A DNA stretch of 64,000 nucleotides from an uncultured Patescibacteria group bacterium (lineage in GTDB: Bacteria; Patescibacteriota; Patescibacteriia; UBA2591; CALHIP01). Positions 47,904-59,300 of this stretch are shown here, piece by piece. The stretch spans positions 13,180 through 77,179 of the forward strand of contig CALHIP010000007.1 of NCBI GenBank assembly GCA_938030745.1, in the 5' to 3' direction. The position numbers and the translations under genes were made by a program. Below the pieces are notes generated by a model, which did not search any database, had not been told where the DNA came from, and saw only the letters and a program-made list of their open reading frames with translations. Every line of letters begins with the position of its first letter. Position 1 is the stretch's first letter.

Positions 47904-47975
47904 GCCTCCATAGCTCAATGGATAGAGTGCTGGTCTTCGGAACCAGCGATCCCCGTTCGAATCGGGGTGGAGGCA
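47904..47975 (+). tRNA. tRNA-Arg (anticodon TCG)
   Basis: The acceptor is GCCTCCA/TGGAGGC. The anticodon loop is CTTCGGA. The T-loop is GTTCGAATC. Confidence 0.85.
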
Positions 47976-47979
47976 GTTT

Positions 47980-48050
47980 GCCCCCATAACTTAATGGTAA
48001 AGTAGCTGCCTCTTAAGCAGCCTATCCAGGTTCGATTCCTGGTGGGGGCA
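47980..48050 (+). tRNA. tRNA-Lys (anticodon CTT)
   Basis: The acceptor is GCCCCCA/TGGGGGC. The anticodon loop is CTCTTAA. The T-loop is GTTCGATTC. Confidence 0.85.
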
Positions 48051-48073
48051 CTTAAAAAATTAAAAAATAAAAA

Positions 48074-49006
48074 ATGGGAGAAATATATGATTTAATCATT
48101 ATTGGCGCTGGACCGGCTGGATTAACTGCTTCAATTTTTGCTTCAAGATATAAAATAAAACATTTAGTTATTGGTAATCCTTTTACTAGTCAAGTTGCTG
48201 AAGCTCATTTAATTGAAAATTATCCTGGATTTCAATCAATTTCAGGACTTGAGTTAATTAAAAAATTTGTTGATCAGGTTAAAAAATATAATGTTGAAAT
48301 TTTAAATGAGAATGTTTTAGAGATAAAAAAAGAAAATTTTTTTAAAATAAAAACAGAAAGTGGTAAAATTTATCAATCAAAATCTTTGATCATTGCTTCA
48401 GGAGCAGAAAAGAAGCGACTTTTAGTTCCTGGCGAAAAAGAATTTTTGGGCAAAGGTGTTTCTTATTGTGCAACTTGCGATGCACCTTTTTATAAAAACA
48501 AAATTGTTGCGGTAATTGGTGGTGCTAATTCTGCTTTAAGCGCTGCCTTACTCTGTGCTTCTTATGCAAAAAAAGTTTATTTGATCTATCGGAAAAAAGA
48601 ATTTCGAGCTGAAAAAATTTTGCAAGAAAGAATTAAAAAGAATAAAAAAATTATTCCGATTTTTAAAACGAATGTGACAAAAATTGAAGGAAAGGATAAA
48701 TTAGAAAAAATTATTTTAGATAAAAAATATCAAGGAAAAGAAGAGTTAAAAGTTGATGGTTTAGTCATTGAAATTGGTTCAGAGCCGCTTTCAAAATTGG
48801 TTAAAAATTTAGGAGTCAAATTAGATAAAGACGGTTTGATAAAAATAAAAAAAGATTGTTCAACAAATATTTCTGGTATTTTTGCTGCTGGTGATATTAC
48901 TACTGGTTCAAATAAATTTCGTCAAATCATTACTGCTTGCGCTGAAGGAGCAATTTCTGCTTTATCTGTTTATAAATATTTAAAATATGTTAAAAGACAT
49001 CATTAA
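48074..49006 (+). CDS. trxB: thioredoxin reductase
   Basis: The FAD motif is IIIGAGPAGLTA. The redox-active site is CATCDAPF. An NADPH motif is GGANSALS. Confidence 0.9.
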   Translation: MGEIYDLIIIGAGPAGLTASIFASRYKIKHLVIGNPFTSQVAEAHLIENYPGFQSISGLELIKKFVDQVKKYNVEILNENVLEIKKENFFKIKTESGKIYQSKSLIIASGAEKKRLLVPGEKEFLGKGVSYCATCDAPFYKNKIVAVIGGANSALSAALLCASYAKKVYLIYRKKEFRAEKILQERIKKNKKIIPIFKTNVTKIEGKDKLEKIILDKKYQGKEELKVDGLVIEIGSEPLSKLVKNLGVKLDKDGLIKIKKDCSTNISGIFAAGDITTGSNKFRQIITACAEGAISALSVYKYLKYVKRHH

Positions 49007-50189
49007 AAAATTTGAAAAAATAGCAAAAATTTTAAATTTATCAGAAAAGGTTAAAAAAAGAATTATTGAACCAGAAAATATTTTAGATTTTAAAATCGAA
49101 TTAAATGGCAAAATTTTTCCTGCTTGGCGAGTTCAACATAATTCTTTACTTGGTCCTTACAAAGGTGGAATTAGATTTCATCCCAAAACAAATTTAGAAG
49201 AGATTAAAGCTCTGGCAATGATTATGACTTTTAAAACTGCTTTAATGGACTTACCTTTTGGTGGCGGTAAGGGAGGAGTTAGAATTAATCCAAAAGAATA
49301 TTCTGAAGAAGAATTAGAAAAGATTTCAAGAGATTATGTTCGGTTTATCTATCAAAATATTGGTGAAAACAAAGATATTCCTGCTCCAGATATGGGAACA
49401 AATGAAAAAATAATGGAAATAATGCTTAATGAATATGAAAAATTAACTGGAAAAAAATCACCAGCTACTTTTACTGGAAAACCAATTGAAAAAGGAGGAA
49501 TAGTTTTAAGAAAAGAAGCAACTGGTTTAGGTGGAGCAATTATAACAGAGGAAATAGTAAAAAAACTTAATTGGCAAGCAAAAAAAACAAAAATTGCTAT
49601 TCAAGGTTTTGGTAATGTTGGGAGTTACGCTGCTTTATACCTTTTTGAAAAAGGTTTTAAAATTATTGCTATTTCTGATTCATTATCTGGCATTTTTAAT
49701 CCAGAGGGTATCAATATAAAAGAAGCAATTGAATATAAAAAAGCAATAAAATATTTAAAAGGATTTCCAGGAACTGAAGAAATTACTAACCAACAATTAC
49801 TTTCTTTAAAGACAGATATTTTGATTCCAGCTGCTACAGAAAATGTTATTACCAAAAACAATGCTAAAAATATTAAAGCAAAAATTATTATTGAGCTAGC
49901 TAATGGCCCAATTACAGAAGCTGGCGAAAAAATATTATTAAAAAATAAAAAAATTATTCTTCCCGATATTTTAGCTAATGCTGGTGGAGTAACTGTCTCT
50001 TATTTTGAATGGCAACAAAATAAAGAAAATAAAATCTGGAGTAAAGAAAAAGTCTTCCAAGAACTTGATAAAAAAATGAAAAATATTTTTAATAAAGTTT
50101 GGCAAACTTCTCTTGAAGAAAAAATAGATTTAAGAACAACTGCTTATCTTTTAGCAGTAAAAAAATTAGTAGAAAAAATAAAATTTTAA
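48987..50189 (+). CDS. gdhA: glutamate dehydrogenase (Glu/Leu/Phe/Val dehydrogenase family)
   Basis: The catalytic Lys region is KGGIRFHP...GGGKGG. The NAD(P) domain is GFGNVG. Confidence 0.85.
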   Translation: MLKDIIKKFEKIAKILNLSEKVKKRIIEPENILDFKIELNGKIFPAWRVQHNSLLGPYKGGIRFHPKTNLEEIKALAMIMTFKTALMDLPFGGGKGGVRINPKEYSEEELEKISRDYVRFIYQNIGENKDIPAPDMGTNEKIMEIMLNEYEKLTGKKSPATFTGKPIEKGGIVLRKEATGLGGAIITEEIVKKLNWQAKKTKIAIQGFGNVGSYAALYLFEKGFKIIAISDSLSGIFNPEGINIKEAIEYKKAIKYLKGFPGTEEITNQQLLSLKTDILIPAATENVITKNNAKNIKAKIIIELANGPITEAGEKILLKNKKIILPDILANAGGVTVSYFEWQQNKENKIWSKEKVFQELDKKMKNIFNKVWQTSLEEKIDLRTTAYLLAVKKLVEKIKF

Positions 50190-50197
50190 TTCAATAC

Positions 50198-50230
50198 AAA
50201 ATCCCGATCCCAATAAAGAATCGGGATTTT
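50198..50230. terminator. bidirectional intrinsic terminator between the convergent gdh and hup genes
   Basis: AAAATCCCGA ... TCGGGATTTT forms a 10-bp stem with a 13-nt loop. T-rich sequence lies on both sides. Confidence 0.6.
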
Positions 50231-50266
50231 GTTATCCAAAATAGGCTTAGTAAATAGAAATAATTC

Positions 50267-50542
50267 TTACTTTAATGCGTCCTTAAGGGCTTTACCAGGT
50301 TTAAATTTTGGTCTTTTCATTGAAGGAATCTGGATTTTTTCTCCAGTTTTTGGATTAACACCACTTCGAGCAGCCCTTGTTTTAACTGAAAAAGTACCAA
50401 AGCCAGCAATTGCCACTTCCTCACCTGCCTTTAAAGCCTCGGTAACAATATCAATAAAAGCATCTAAATATCTGGCTGCTTCAGCTTTAGAAGAACCACC
50501 AGCCTTTTCCATTAATTTTTGAATTAATTCTGCTTTGTTCAT
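50267..50542 (-). CDS. hup: nucleoid-associated protein HU
   Basis: MNKAELIQKLMEKAG...AIAGFGTFSVKTRAARSGVNPKTGEKIQIPSMKRPKFKPGKALKDAL. Confidence 0.9.
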   Translation of the reverse strand: MNKAELIQKLMEKAGGSSKAEAARYLDAFIDIVTEALKAGEEVAIAGFGTFSVKTRAARSGVNPKTGEKIQIPSMKRPKFKPGKALKDALK

Positions 50543-50620
50543 AATTTTTGCTCAAATTTTGGCTTAAAATCGACCTTTTTAAATGGTATTGTGGATAATT
50601 TAGCAAAATAAAGGAAAAAG

Positions 50621-51079
50621 TCAAGGTGTATGTGGATAAATGACGCGACGAAAAATAATTTTTTCTGGACCAAATTTCTTTCGAGCAGAAATTTTGATTA
50701 AATTAAGGCCGGAAACAAGGGAGATGGTTTCTTCAAATGAATTCTGATTAAGAGGAATAATCTGGTCATTGATTGCTACAGTTACTCCTTTATTAACCTT
50801 TCCTCTGATAGTAATTGTTTTTTCCTGACTAATAAAATTGTCTTGAGGAAAATAAATAATAATTTCAGGAGGAGAAAAAAGATTTTTAATTCCTAAAAAT
50901 AAATAAAATAGAACAAAAAAGATAATTAGCCAAAGCCATAGATTTTTAAAGAAAATAGAATTTATTTTATTTTCTTTAATGATTTCTGGACCAAAAAAGA
51001 GTCTCGGTTTAAAATTTAAAGATTTTTCTTTTAAAAAAGGTGAAGGTTTTTCTTTAATTTCTCTTTTTTTAAACTCCAT
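50621..51079 (-). CDS. hypothetical membrane-anchored protein of 152 aa, downstream of ftsK
   Basis: It has a single N-terminal TM segment (LWLWLIIFFVLFYLFLGI) followed by a beta-rich extracytoplasmic domain. Confidence 0.4.
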   Translation of the reverse strand: MEFKKREIKEKPSPFLKEKSLNFKPRLFFGPEIIKENKINSIFFKNLWLWLIIFFVLFYLFLGIKNLFSPPEIIIYFPQDNFISQEKTITIRGKVNKGVTVAINDQIIPLNQNSFEETISLVSGLNLIKISARKKFGPEKIIFRRVIYPHTP

Positions 51080-51083
51080 ATTT

Positions 51084-53162
51084 TTAATAATTTATTTTTT
51101 CATCACTCTCTTTTTTTAAAACTCGCCTTGGTCTAGCTCCATCAGCTGGACCAATTGTTCCTTCTTTTTCCAATAGATCCAAAAGCCGAGCTGCTCTTGC
51201 GTAGCCAATTCTTAAATATCTTTGTAATAAAGTGGCTGAAGCTCGACCTGCCTTAATTACAACTTCTCTCGCCTGGGGCAAAAGTTCATCTTCTTCATTA
51301 AAGAATTCTTCTTTTATCTCTTCAGCTGGTTTAAAATTAGTAATTTCCTCTAAATATTCTGGTTCAGCTTTATTTCTTAAAAATTCAACAATTCTTTTTA
51401 TTTCCTCATCAGAAACATAAGCTCCTTGCAAACGTTTTGGCTTTGAAAGTTGAGGTGAGATAAACAACATATCTCCTCGACCTAAAAGTTTTTCTGCTCC
51501 AGAAAAGTCTAAAATTGTTCTTGAATCAATCATTGAAGCAACAGCAAAGGCGATTCGAGAAGTAATATTTGCCTTAATTAAACCAGTAATAATATCAACT
51601 GATGGTCTCTGAGTTGCTAAGATCAAGTGAATACCAGTTGCTCTTGCCATCTGAGCTAATCTAATAATTGAAGACTCAATTTCTTTTGGACTGGCAACCA
51701 TCAAATCAGCTAATTCATCAATAATAATAAGAATATAAGGGATTTTTTCTTTCGCTTGGCTATTATAAGAGCCAATATCTCTTGCTCTATTTTGAGAAAA
51801 AAGATCAAAACGTTTCTCCATTTCTGAAATTGCCCATTTTAAAGCAGAAACTGCTTCCTCAACTTTTGTAATCACCGGACAAAGAAGATGGGGGATATCA
51901 TTATATAAAACTAATTCAACTCTTTTCGGATCAATTAAAATAAATCTTAAATTTTCTGGTGAGTTTTGATAAAGCAAAGAAACAATAATTGAGTTGATCA
52001 TTACTGTTTTACCTGAACCAGTTGCGCCAGAAATTAAAAGATGTGGCATTTTACCTAAATCAGCCAGCCAGATATGGCCAGCTACATCTTTACCTAAAGC
52101 AATTGTTAAATTTGAAGTTCTTTTTTTAAAGACATCTGATTCTAAAATCTCTTTCAATGAAACAATTGCTACTTTTCGATTCGGCACCTCAATTCCAACT
52201 AATGATTTACCAGGAATTGGTGCTTCAATTCTGATTGGATGACTGGCTAAGGCTAAAGCTAAATCATTAGCTAAAGAAGTAATCTGAGAAAGTTTTATTC
52301 CTTCTGCCGGTCTTAAAGTATATTGAGTGATAGTTGGACCAACCTTGACTTCACCCATTTCAACCTCGATACCAAAATTTTCTAAAGTTTTTTTGATAAT
52401 GTATTTTCCTTCCTCAATATCTTTTGGTTCAGCTTTTTTTTCATGATAGAAAAGTAGATCTAAAGGTAGTTCTATTTTTGTTAATGGTTTTAAAATTTTA
52501 AATTTTTTTTCTGGTTTTGCTTCAATAATCCCGTAATTTTTCTCTTCAATTGGTTCTTCTTTAATTTCTTTTCGTTTAAATTCAATCGGCTTTTCTTTCT
52601 TGGCAAAGAATTTCTTTAAAATATTTTTAAAAAAAGCAGTTATTTTTAAAAAAATAAAAGATAGATAAGAAAAAATAAGATTGATTTTGTTTTTTAATGG
52701 CTCTTCTAAAATTAAAAAAAGAGAAAAAATAGCTAAAGCGAGAAGAATCACAAATGTTCCCCAAAAAGCAAAAATTTTTTCTAATGGAAAAGCAATAACT
52801 TTACCTAAATAACCGCCACTTTCTTTTATTTTTTCTAAATTTTTAAACTCTGTTTTTTCAAAAAGACTATAAAAAGAAGAAGAGACAACCAAAATTAAAA
52901 AAAGACCAAAAATTATCCTTTTTCTTCCTTTAGGTGAAATTTCTTTAGTAAAAAAAAGCCAACTGATTAACAATAATAAAAAAGGAAAGCTAAAAGAGAT
53001 TTTGCCAAAAATAATTTTTAAGCCAAAAGCCAAGTAATTACCAGCTAAACCAGCCAAACCAAAAAGAGATAAAAACAAAATAACAGCAATAGCTAAAGAA
53101 AAAATTGCTTTAAACGTCTCCCTTTCTTTTTTAGAAAAAAGATTTTCTTTATTATGAGGCAT
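51084..53162 (-). CDS. ftsK: DNA translocase FtsK/SpoIIIE with a C-terminal gamma (winged-helix) domain
   Basis: It has N-terminal TM helices, a Walker A (GATGSGKTVMIN) and a gamma domain (LLQRYLRIGYARAARLLDLLEKEG). Confidence 0.85.
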   Translation of the reverse strand: MPHNKENLFSKKERETFKAIFSLAIAVILFLSLFGLAGLAGNYLAFGLKIIFGKISFSFPFLLLLISWLFFTKEISPKGRKRIIFGLFLILVVSSSFYSLFEKTEFKNLEKIKESGGYLGKVIAFPLEKIFAFWGTFVILLALAIFSLFLILEEPLKNKINLIFSYLSFIFLKITAFFKNILKKFFAKKEKPIEFKRKEIKEEPIEEKNYGIIEAKPEKKFKILKPLTKIELPLDLLFYHEKKAEPKDIEEGKYIIKKTLENFGIEVEMGEVKVGPTITQYTLRPAEGIKLSQITSLANDLALALASHPIRIEAPIPGKSLVGIEVPNRKVAIVSLKEILESDVFKKRTSNLTIALGKDVAGHIWLADLGKMPHLLISGATGSGKTVMINSIIVSLLYQNSPENLRFILIDPKRVELVLYNDIPHLLCPVITKVEEAVSALKWAISEMEKRFDLFSQNRARDIGSYNSQAKEKIPYILIIIDELADLMVASPKEIESSIIRLAQMARATGIHLILATQRPSVDIITGLIKANITSRIAFAVASMIDSRTILDFSGAEKLLGRGDMLFISPQLSKPKRLQGAYVSDEEIKRIVEFLRNKAEPEYLEEITNFKPAEEIKEEFFNEEDELLPQAREVVIKAGRASATLLQRYLRIGYARAARLLDLLEKEGTIGPADGARPRRVLKKESDEKINY

Positions 53163-53244
53163 ATTTATTTATTTTAACAAATTATTCAAAAATAAGGAAG
53201 TTTGAAATAATTTAGATTTTTTTAAAAAATGGTAAAATAAAAAT

Positions 53245-54792
53245 ATGCCAGAACAATTTAATTCTAAAGAAATAAAAGATTTTGTTTTACCAAAAGAAAT
53301 TTTAGAAATTGATGAAAAATTAAAAAAAGCGGGTTTTGAAAGTTATTTAGTTGGAGGTTGTGTCAGAGATTTGATTTTGAAGAAAAAGCCAAAAGATTGG
53401 GATTTTACAACAAACGCTAAACCAGAAGAAATTCAAAAAATTTTTGAAAAAAGTTTTTATGATAATAAATTTGGTACAGTTAGTGTTTTAACTGGAAGCA
53501 AAGATGAGAGTTTAAAGACAGTTGAAATTACTCCTTATCGTTTGGAAGGAAAATATACCGATAAAAGACATCCGGATGAAATTAAATTTGCTACTAAAAT
53601 AGAAGACGATTTAAAAAGAAGAGATTTTACAATAAATGCGATAGCACTGGAAATAAAATCCAAAATTCCAATCACTAAATCTCAAACAAAATCTAAATTC
53701 ATTTTAGTTGATCTGTTTAATGGACAAAAAGATTTGAAAAAGAAAATTATTCGGGCGGTTGGTGAACCAAATGAACGATTTCAGGAAGATGCCTTACGAT
53801 TAATGAGAGCAGTGCGTTTGGCTACGGAGCTTGATTTTGAAATTGAAAAAAAGACTAAAAGAGCCATTAAAGAAAATGCTTGGTTAATTAAAATGATTGC
53901 TAAAGAGAGGATTCGTGATGAATTTATAAAAATTTTAGAAAGCAAAAATCCAAAAAGAGGGGTTGAAATGTTAGAAGAGTTAGGGCTTCTGCATTTCATT
54001 ATTCCAGAACTTCGAGAAGGAATTGGTGTAACTCAAAACTGGGCTCATCTTTATAATGTTTGGGAGCATCAGTTACGTGCTTTACAAGCAGCTGCTGATT
54101 GTAATTTTAGTTTAGAAGTACGCTTGGCTGCTTTGTTTCATGACATTGGCAAACCTTATGTTAAAAAAGGTGAAGGACCAGATGCAACCTTTTATAATCA
54201 TGATATTGTTGGTGCTGAGGCAACAAAAAAAATTCTTACTCGGCTTAGATTTCCAAAAAAGATAATAAATGAAGTAGTAATGTTAGTTAGAAACCATATG
54301 TTTAATTCCGATCCAGAGAAGTTAACTGCTCATGGAGCAAGACGACTTTGGCGAAGAGTAGCTAATGGCCGGGAAATTAATCAAGAGGTAAGAAGAGAGA
54401 TGCAAGATTTAATCAATTTAAGGATTGCTGATCGGATGGGTATGGAAAAAAAGCCGAGACCATTTCGTTTAAGAGCAATTGAGGCACTTTTAGAAAAAGT
54501 TTCCCGTGATCCTATCTCAGAAAAAATGTTAGCCATTAATGGTTATGAAATTATGGAAATTTTAAAGATCGAACCAGGGCCAAAGATTGGCGCTTTATTA
54601 AAAATTCTTCTTGCTGAGATTTTGGAAGATCCTAAAAAAAATAAAAAAGAATATCTTAAAAAAAGAGTGGAAGAATTATCTGGACTTTCCGATGAAAGTT
54701 TACAAGAACTAAAAAAATCCGCTCAATATCGGATCGAAAAGGAGATAGAAAAAGAAGAAGAGGAGATTAAAGCAAAATATTTTATAAAATGA
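53245..54792 (+). CDS. cca: CCA-adding tRNA nucleotidyltransferase / poly(A) polymerase family with an HD domain
   Basis: The head domain motif is LVGGCVRDLIL...RDFTINA. The HD motif is LFHDIGK. The upstream TGGTAAAAT extended -10 lies 6 nt before the ATG. Confidence 0.8.
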   Translation: MPEQFNSKEIKDFVLPKEILEIDEKLKKAGFESYLVGGCVRDLILKKKPKDWDFTTNAKPEEIQKIFEKSFYDNKFGTVSVLTGSKDESLKTVEITPYRLEGKYTDKRHPDEIKFATKIEDDLKRRDFTINAIALEIKSKIPITKSQTKSKFILVDLFNGQKDLKKKIIRAVGEPNERFQEDALRLMRAVRLATELDFEIEKKTKRAIKENAWLIKMIAKERIRDEFIKILESKNPKRGVEMLEELGLLHFIIPELREGIGVTQNWAHLYNVWEHQLRALQAAADCNFSLEVRLAALFHDIGKPYVKKGEGPDATFYNHDIVGAEATKKILTRLRFPKKIINEVVMLVRNHMFNSDPEKLTAHGARRLWRRVANGREINQEVRREMQDLINLRIADRMGMEKKPRPFRLRAIEALLEKVSRDPISEKMLAINGYEIMEILKIEPGPKIGALLKILLAEILEDPKKNKKEYLKKRVEELSGLSDESLQELKKSAQYRIEKEIEKEEEEIKAKYFIK

Positions 54793-54843
54793 ATCAAATT
54801 TTTGCCATTTTTAAAAATTTTGCTTATTTGATAGATTTGATGC

Positions 54844-54866
54844 GGGTTTTAAACCCCTATTTTTCG
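54844..54866 (+). terminator. terminator-like hairpin GGGTTTTAAACCC plus T-tract after cca; it overlaps the htpX stop
   Basis: A short perfect stem is followed by CTATTTTT. Confidence 0.4.
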
Positions 54867-55774
54867 GTGACTGTCACCATCGATCGGAGGGCTTTTATCC
54901 TTTCTTCAACCGGTGGATGAGTAGAAAATAATTTGGTAAACCAATCAATTGCTTGTTTTCCTTTGAATGGATTAGCAATATATAAGTGAGCAGTAGCATT
55001 TGAAGCGACAGAAAGAGGTGTTTGGTCATTGGAAATTTTCTCTAAAGCCCGTGCTAGTCCTTCTGGATACCGAGTCAGCATTGCTCCACAAGCATCAGCT
55101 AAAAATTCTCTTTTTCGAGAGATAGCTAAACGAATCAAAGTAGCAGCAATTGGAGCTAAGATTGCTGCTAAGATTGCTAAAAAAAATAAAATTAGGTTAA
55201 GATAACCTTCTTGTCGCCCTCGTCTCATTCGAAAACCTCGCCAGAAACTCATTCTTAAAAACAGATTAGAAAGAAGAGCAATAGTTCCAGCTAAGACAAC
55301 AATAATTGTTTGCAAAAGCATATCACGATTACCAATATGAGATAATTCATGGGCAATTACTCCTTCTAATTCAACTTTTTCTAATTTTTCTAAAAGACCA
55401 CAAGTGACAGCAATAACTGCATGATTTTTATCTCGACCAGTAGCAAAAGCATTTGGTGCTTTTTCATCAATGATATAAATTTTTGGCAAAGGTAAACCAG
55501 CAGTAATGCATAAATTTTCAACAAGACGATAAAGCTGAGGCGCATCTTCTTTTTTTATTTCTTTTGCTCGAGAAATAGCTAAAACAATTTTATCAGAAAA
55601 CCAGTAAGATAAAAAATTCATTAAAAAACTAAAAATAATAGCAAAAATTAAAATCTCTTGGGAGTCAAAAATATGAGCAAAAAGCCAGCCTAAAGCAATA
55701 ATGAAAATAAAAAATAAACCCATTAGAAACCAAGTTTTTCGCAAATTACTGCCAATATGAGTATAAATGGTCAT
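54857..55774 (-). CDS. htpX: zinc metalloprotease HtpX (M48 family)
   Basis: The HExxH motif is HELSHI. It has N-terminal TM helices. It is paired with lemA. Confidence 0.85.
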   Translation of the reverse strand: MTIYTHIGSNLRKTWFLMGLFFIFIIALGWLFAHIFDSQEILIFAIIFSFLMNFLSYWFSDKIVLAISRAKEIKKEDAPQLYRLVENLCITAGLPLPKIYIIDEKAPNAFATGRDKNHAVIAVTCGLLEKLEKVELEGVIAHELSHIGNRDMLLQTIIVVLAGTIALLSNLFLRMSFWRGFRMRRGRQEGYLNLILFFLAILAAILAPIAATLIRLAISRKREFLADACGAMLTRYPEGLARALEKISNDQTPLSVASNATAHLYIANPFKGKQAIDWFTKLFSTHPPVEERIKALRSMVTVTEK

Positions 55775-55782
55775 ATTAATTT

Positions 55783-56334
55783 TTAAAATGAAACTTTAAT
55801 CGGTTCTTTTTTTTCTTCCATCTCGAAAAATTCGCGTGGTTTAAATTTTAACCAGTGAGCAACTAAATTGTTAGGAAAGATCTGAATTTTAATGTTAAAA
55901 TCGCGGACATTCGCATTATAAAATCTGCGAGCTGCTTGGATCTTATCCTCTGTATCAGTTAATTCCCTCTGGAGTTCTAAAAAATTTTGACTTGCTTTTA
56001 AATCTGGATAATTTTCGGCAACAGCAAAAAGAGTTTTTAAAGTTGAGGATAAAAAATTTTCCGCTTCAGCATGTTCTTTCATTGTTTTTGCACCAATCGC
56101 TTTTGCTCTGGCTTCAGCTATTTTTTCAAATAATTGCCGTTCATGACTAGCGTATCCTTTAACAATCTCAACTAAATTAGGGATCAAATCATGTCTTCTT
56201 TTTAATTGAACTTCAATATCTGCCCAGGCTTCATCAACTCGATTCTTTGAGGTAACTAAAGAATTAAAAATACCGATTAACCAAAGGATAAAAAAGATAA
56301 TGATGCCAATAATAATCAAAGCAAAAGTAGGCAT
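55783..56334 (-). CDS. lemA: LemA-family membrane protein
   Basis: It has an N-terminal TM segment followed by the LemA block NRVDEAWADIEVQLKRRHDLIPNLVE. Confidence 0.85.
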   Translation of the reverse strand: MPTFALIIIGIIIFFILWLIGIFNSLVTSKNRVDEAWADIEVQLKRRHDLIPNLVEIVKGYASHERQLFEKIAEARAKAIGAKTMKEHAEAENFLSSTLKTLFAVAENYPDLKASQNFLELQRELTDTEDKIQAARRFYNANVRDFNIKIQIFPNNLVAHWLKFKPREFFEMEEKKEPIKVSF

Positions 56335-56338
56335 AAAA

Positions 56339-59300
56339 TTATTTTAAATTTTTTTTATTTTTAGTAAAACCAGTTCCAACTGGGATTAATCGACCGATAA
56401 TCACATTTTCTTTTAAACCATAAAGGCGATCTGGCCTTCCAGTCACTGCTGCATTGATTAAAACTCGAGCAGTTTCTTGGAAGGAAGCAGCTGAAAGAAA
56501 ACTATCAGTTGAAAGAGAGACTCGCGAAATTCCTAATAAAAGTTCTTTAGCTTCAGCCGGCTTTCCTCCTTTTTCAATTGTTTCTTTATTAACCTCTTCA
56601 AGATAAGCTTTTGGAATAATTTCACCTGGTTGTAAATCAGTGTCTCCACTTTCAGTGACCGAACATCTGGAAAACATCTGACGAATAATAATTTCAATAT
56701 GTTTTTCATTTACTTTCTGGCCTTGTGAAGAATAGATGTATTGTATTTCTTTTAAAATATATTTTTGTGTTGCCTCCTTTCCTTTTAATCGATAATATTC
56801 ATAAAGATCAAAATCGCCATCAGTTAAAGGATCGCCTGGAGAAACTTTATCTTTTTCTTTTACCCAGATAAGATAATTTGGTGGAATAATAATTTCCTCT
56901 TTTTCTTCTTTTCCGTCAACAAAATATTTTAAAGTAATTTTCTTTTGAATTTCTCCCTCTATTTTTTCAATAATCCCTTCTCTTTGAGAAAGAATTGCCC
57001 TTCTTTTTGGTGGTCGAGCCTCAAAAAGTTCTTCAACTCTTGGTAATCCTTGAGTAATATCTCGGCCGGCTATTCCACCAGTATGGAATGTTCGAAGAGT
57101 TAATTGAGTTCCAGGTTCACCAATTGCTTGAGCAGCAATAATACCAACTGCGGTTCCTAATTCAACCGGTCGATTATAAGACAAATCATAACCATAACAT
57201 TTAACGCAAACACCTCTTAGTGTTTGACAAGTTAAAACAGATCTAATCTTTACCTCTTTGATCCCTGCTTTTTCTATTTCTTGGGCTTCTTGTCGGCCAA
57301 TAAAATCTCCTTTCTTGACAATAATTTTTTTAGTTTTAGGATGACGAATATCTTCTAAAGCAACCCTACCAAAAATTCGGGAAGCCAAAGTTTCTCCCAT
57401 TTCTTCTACTTCTTCTTTTAAAATAACAATACCCCTTTTGTCACCACAATCTTCTTCTCTAACTGTAACATCTTGAGCAACATCAATCATTCTTCTGGTT
57501 AAATAACCAGCTGAGGCAGTTCTTAAGGCGGTATCAGCCACACCTTTTCTTGTTCCGTGAGTAGAAATAAAATATTCAAAAACATTAAATCCTTCTTGGA
57601 AACTACTCTTTATTGGTACTTCAATAACCTTTCCTGTTGGCGAGGAGACTAATCCTTTCATCCCAGCCATTTGGATAAGCTGGGTCCAAGAACCTCGAGC
57701 TCCTGATTCAATCATTGAAATAATTGGTCCAAAAGAAGAAGTTTTGCTTCTGCAGAGTTCACCAATTTCATCACGAACCTTAGTCCAGACTTCTAAAACT
57801 TTAAGATATCTTTCATCTTCTGTTAGAAGTCCATAATTAAATTCTTTTTGTATTTTTTCTATTTCTTCTTCAGCTTTCTTTAAAATTTCTTTCTTTTCTT
57901 TAAGGACTGGTAGATCATCAAAACTCCAAGAAAGTCCAGCTCGCGTAAGATATTTTAAGCATACTTCTTTAAGATTATCAAGCATTTCTACTGTTTTTTC
58001 TTCACCAAATGTCTCTAAAAATTTAGTAATAATTTCTTTTAATATTTTTTTATCAACTGGTTTATCAATTTGATAAAAATCTTTTGGAAAAAGTTCAGAA
58101 AAAATAAGACGACCAACACTTGTTTCTAAAAATTTTCCATTCTTTCTTACTTTTATTTTCTCTTGAAGGGAAATTTTTTCGTTTTCATAAGCCAAGATTG
58201 CTTCTTCAGGAGAAGAAAAAACTTTGATTTTTTCTTTTTCTTTAATCAATGTTAACCAATAAGCACCCCAGACAATATCTTGGGTTGGTGTAACAATTGG
58301 TTCACCAGTAGCTGGCTTTAAAAGATTTTTAGATGAAAGCATTATTTCTTTAGCCTCTTTTTGAGCCATTTCTGTTAAAGGTAAATGAACAGCCATCGCA
58401 TCTCCATCAAAATCAGCATTGAAGGCTGGACAGACAAAAGGGTGGATTTGAATTGCTTTTCCCTCGATTAAAACTGGCTTGAAAGCTTGAATCCCTAAAC
58501 GATGAAGGGTTGGTGCTCGATTTAAAAGAACATATGAATTAGAACTTATTTCTTCTAAAATATCCCAAACCTCTTTTGGTCCTGCTTCAACTAACCGGGA
58601 GGCACTTCGGACATTATGGGAAAGATTTCTTTTAATTATTTCTCGAATGATAAAAGGTTTAAAAAGTTCAAGAGCCATGACTTTCGGTAAGCCACATTGA
58701 TAAAGTTTTAATTCAGGTCCTACCACAATCACTGATCGTCCAGAGTAGTCAACTCTTTTACCTAAAAGATTTTGTCTGAATCTACCTTGTTTTCCACGTA
58801 AAATATCAGCTAAGGATTTCAAAGGTCTTTTTTGGGCACCAGTTGTTACTGCTTTACCACGTTTCATTTCATTATCAATTAAAGCATCAACTGCTTCTTG
58901 AAGCATTCTTTTTTCATTTCGACAAATTACTTCTGGTGCCTGAAGTTCTATTAATCTTTTTAATCGATTGTTTCGATTAATAATCCTTCGATATAAATCG
59001 TTTAAATCAGAGGAAGCAAATCTTTCTCCATCCAATTGAACCATTGGTCGAAGATCCGGTGGAATAACTGGTAAGACACGAAGAACCATCCATTCTGGTT
59101 TTATTTTTTGATTAATTAAATTTTTTACTAATTTTGCTCTTAAGGTAATTTTTTTCTGTCGAGCAGGATTTTTTGTTTTTTCTTTTTCTTTTTGGAGTTC
59201 AAGGTATAATTTCCTTAAATCTAAATTTTGCAAAAGTGTGAGAATTGCTTCAGCTCCAATTTGTGCTTCAAAAAAATATCCATATTTTAAAGAAAGGGAA

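Noticed and set aside
47733-47987. A minus-strand 84-aa ORF
   Set aside because: It overlaps the pilT 3' end and both tRNA-Arg(TCG) and tRNA-Lys(CTT), so it is spurious.
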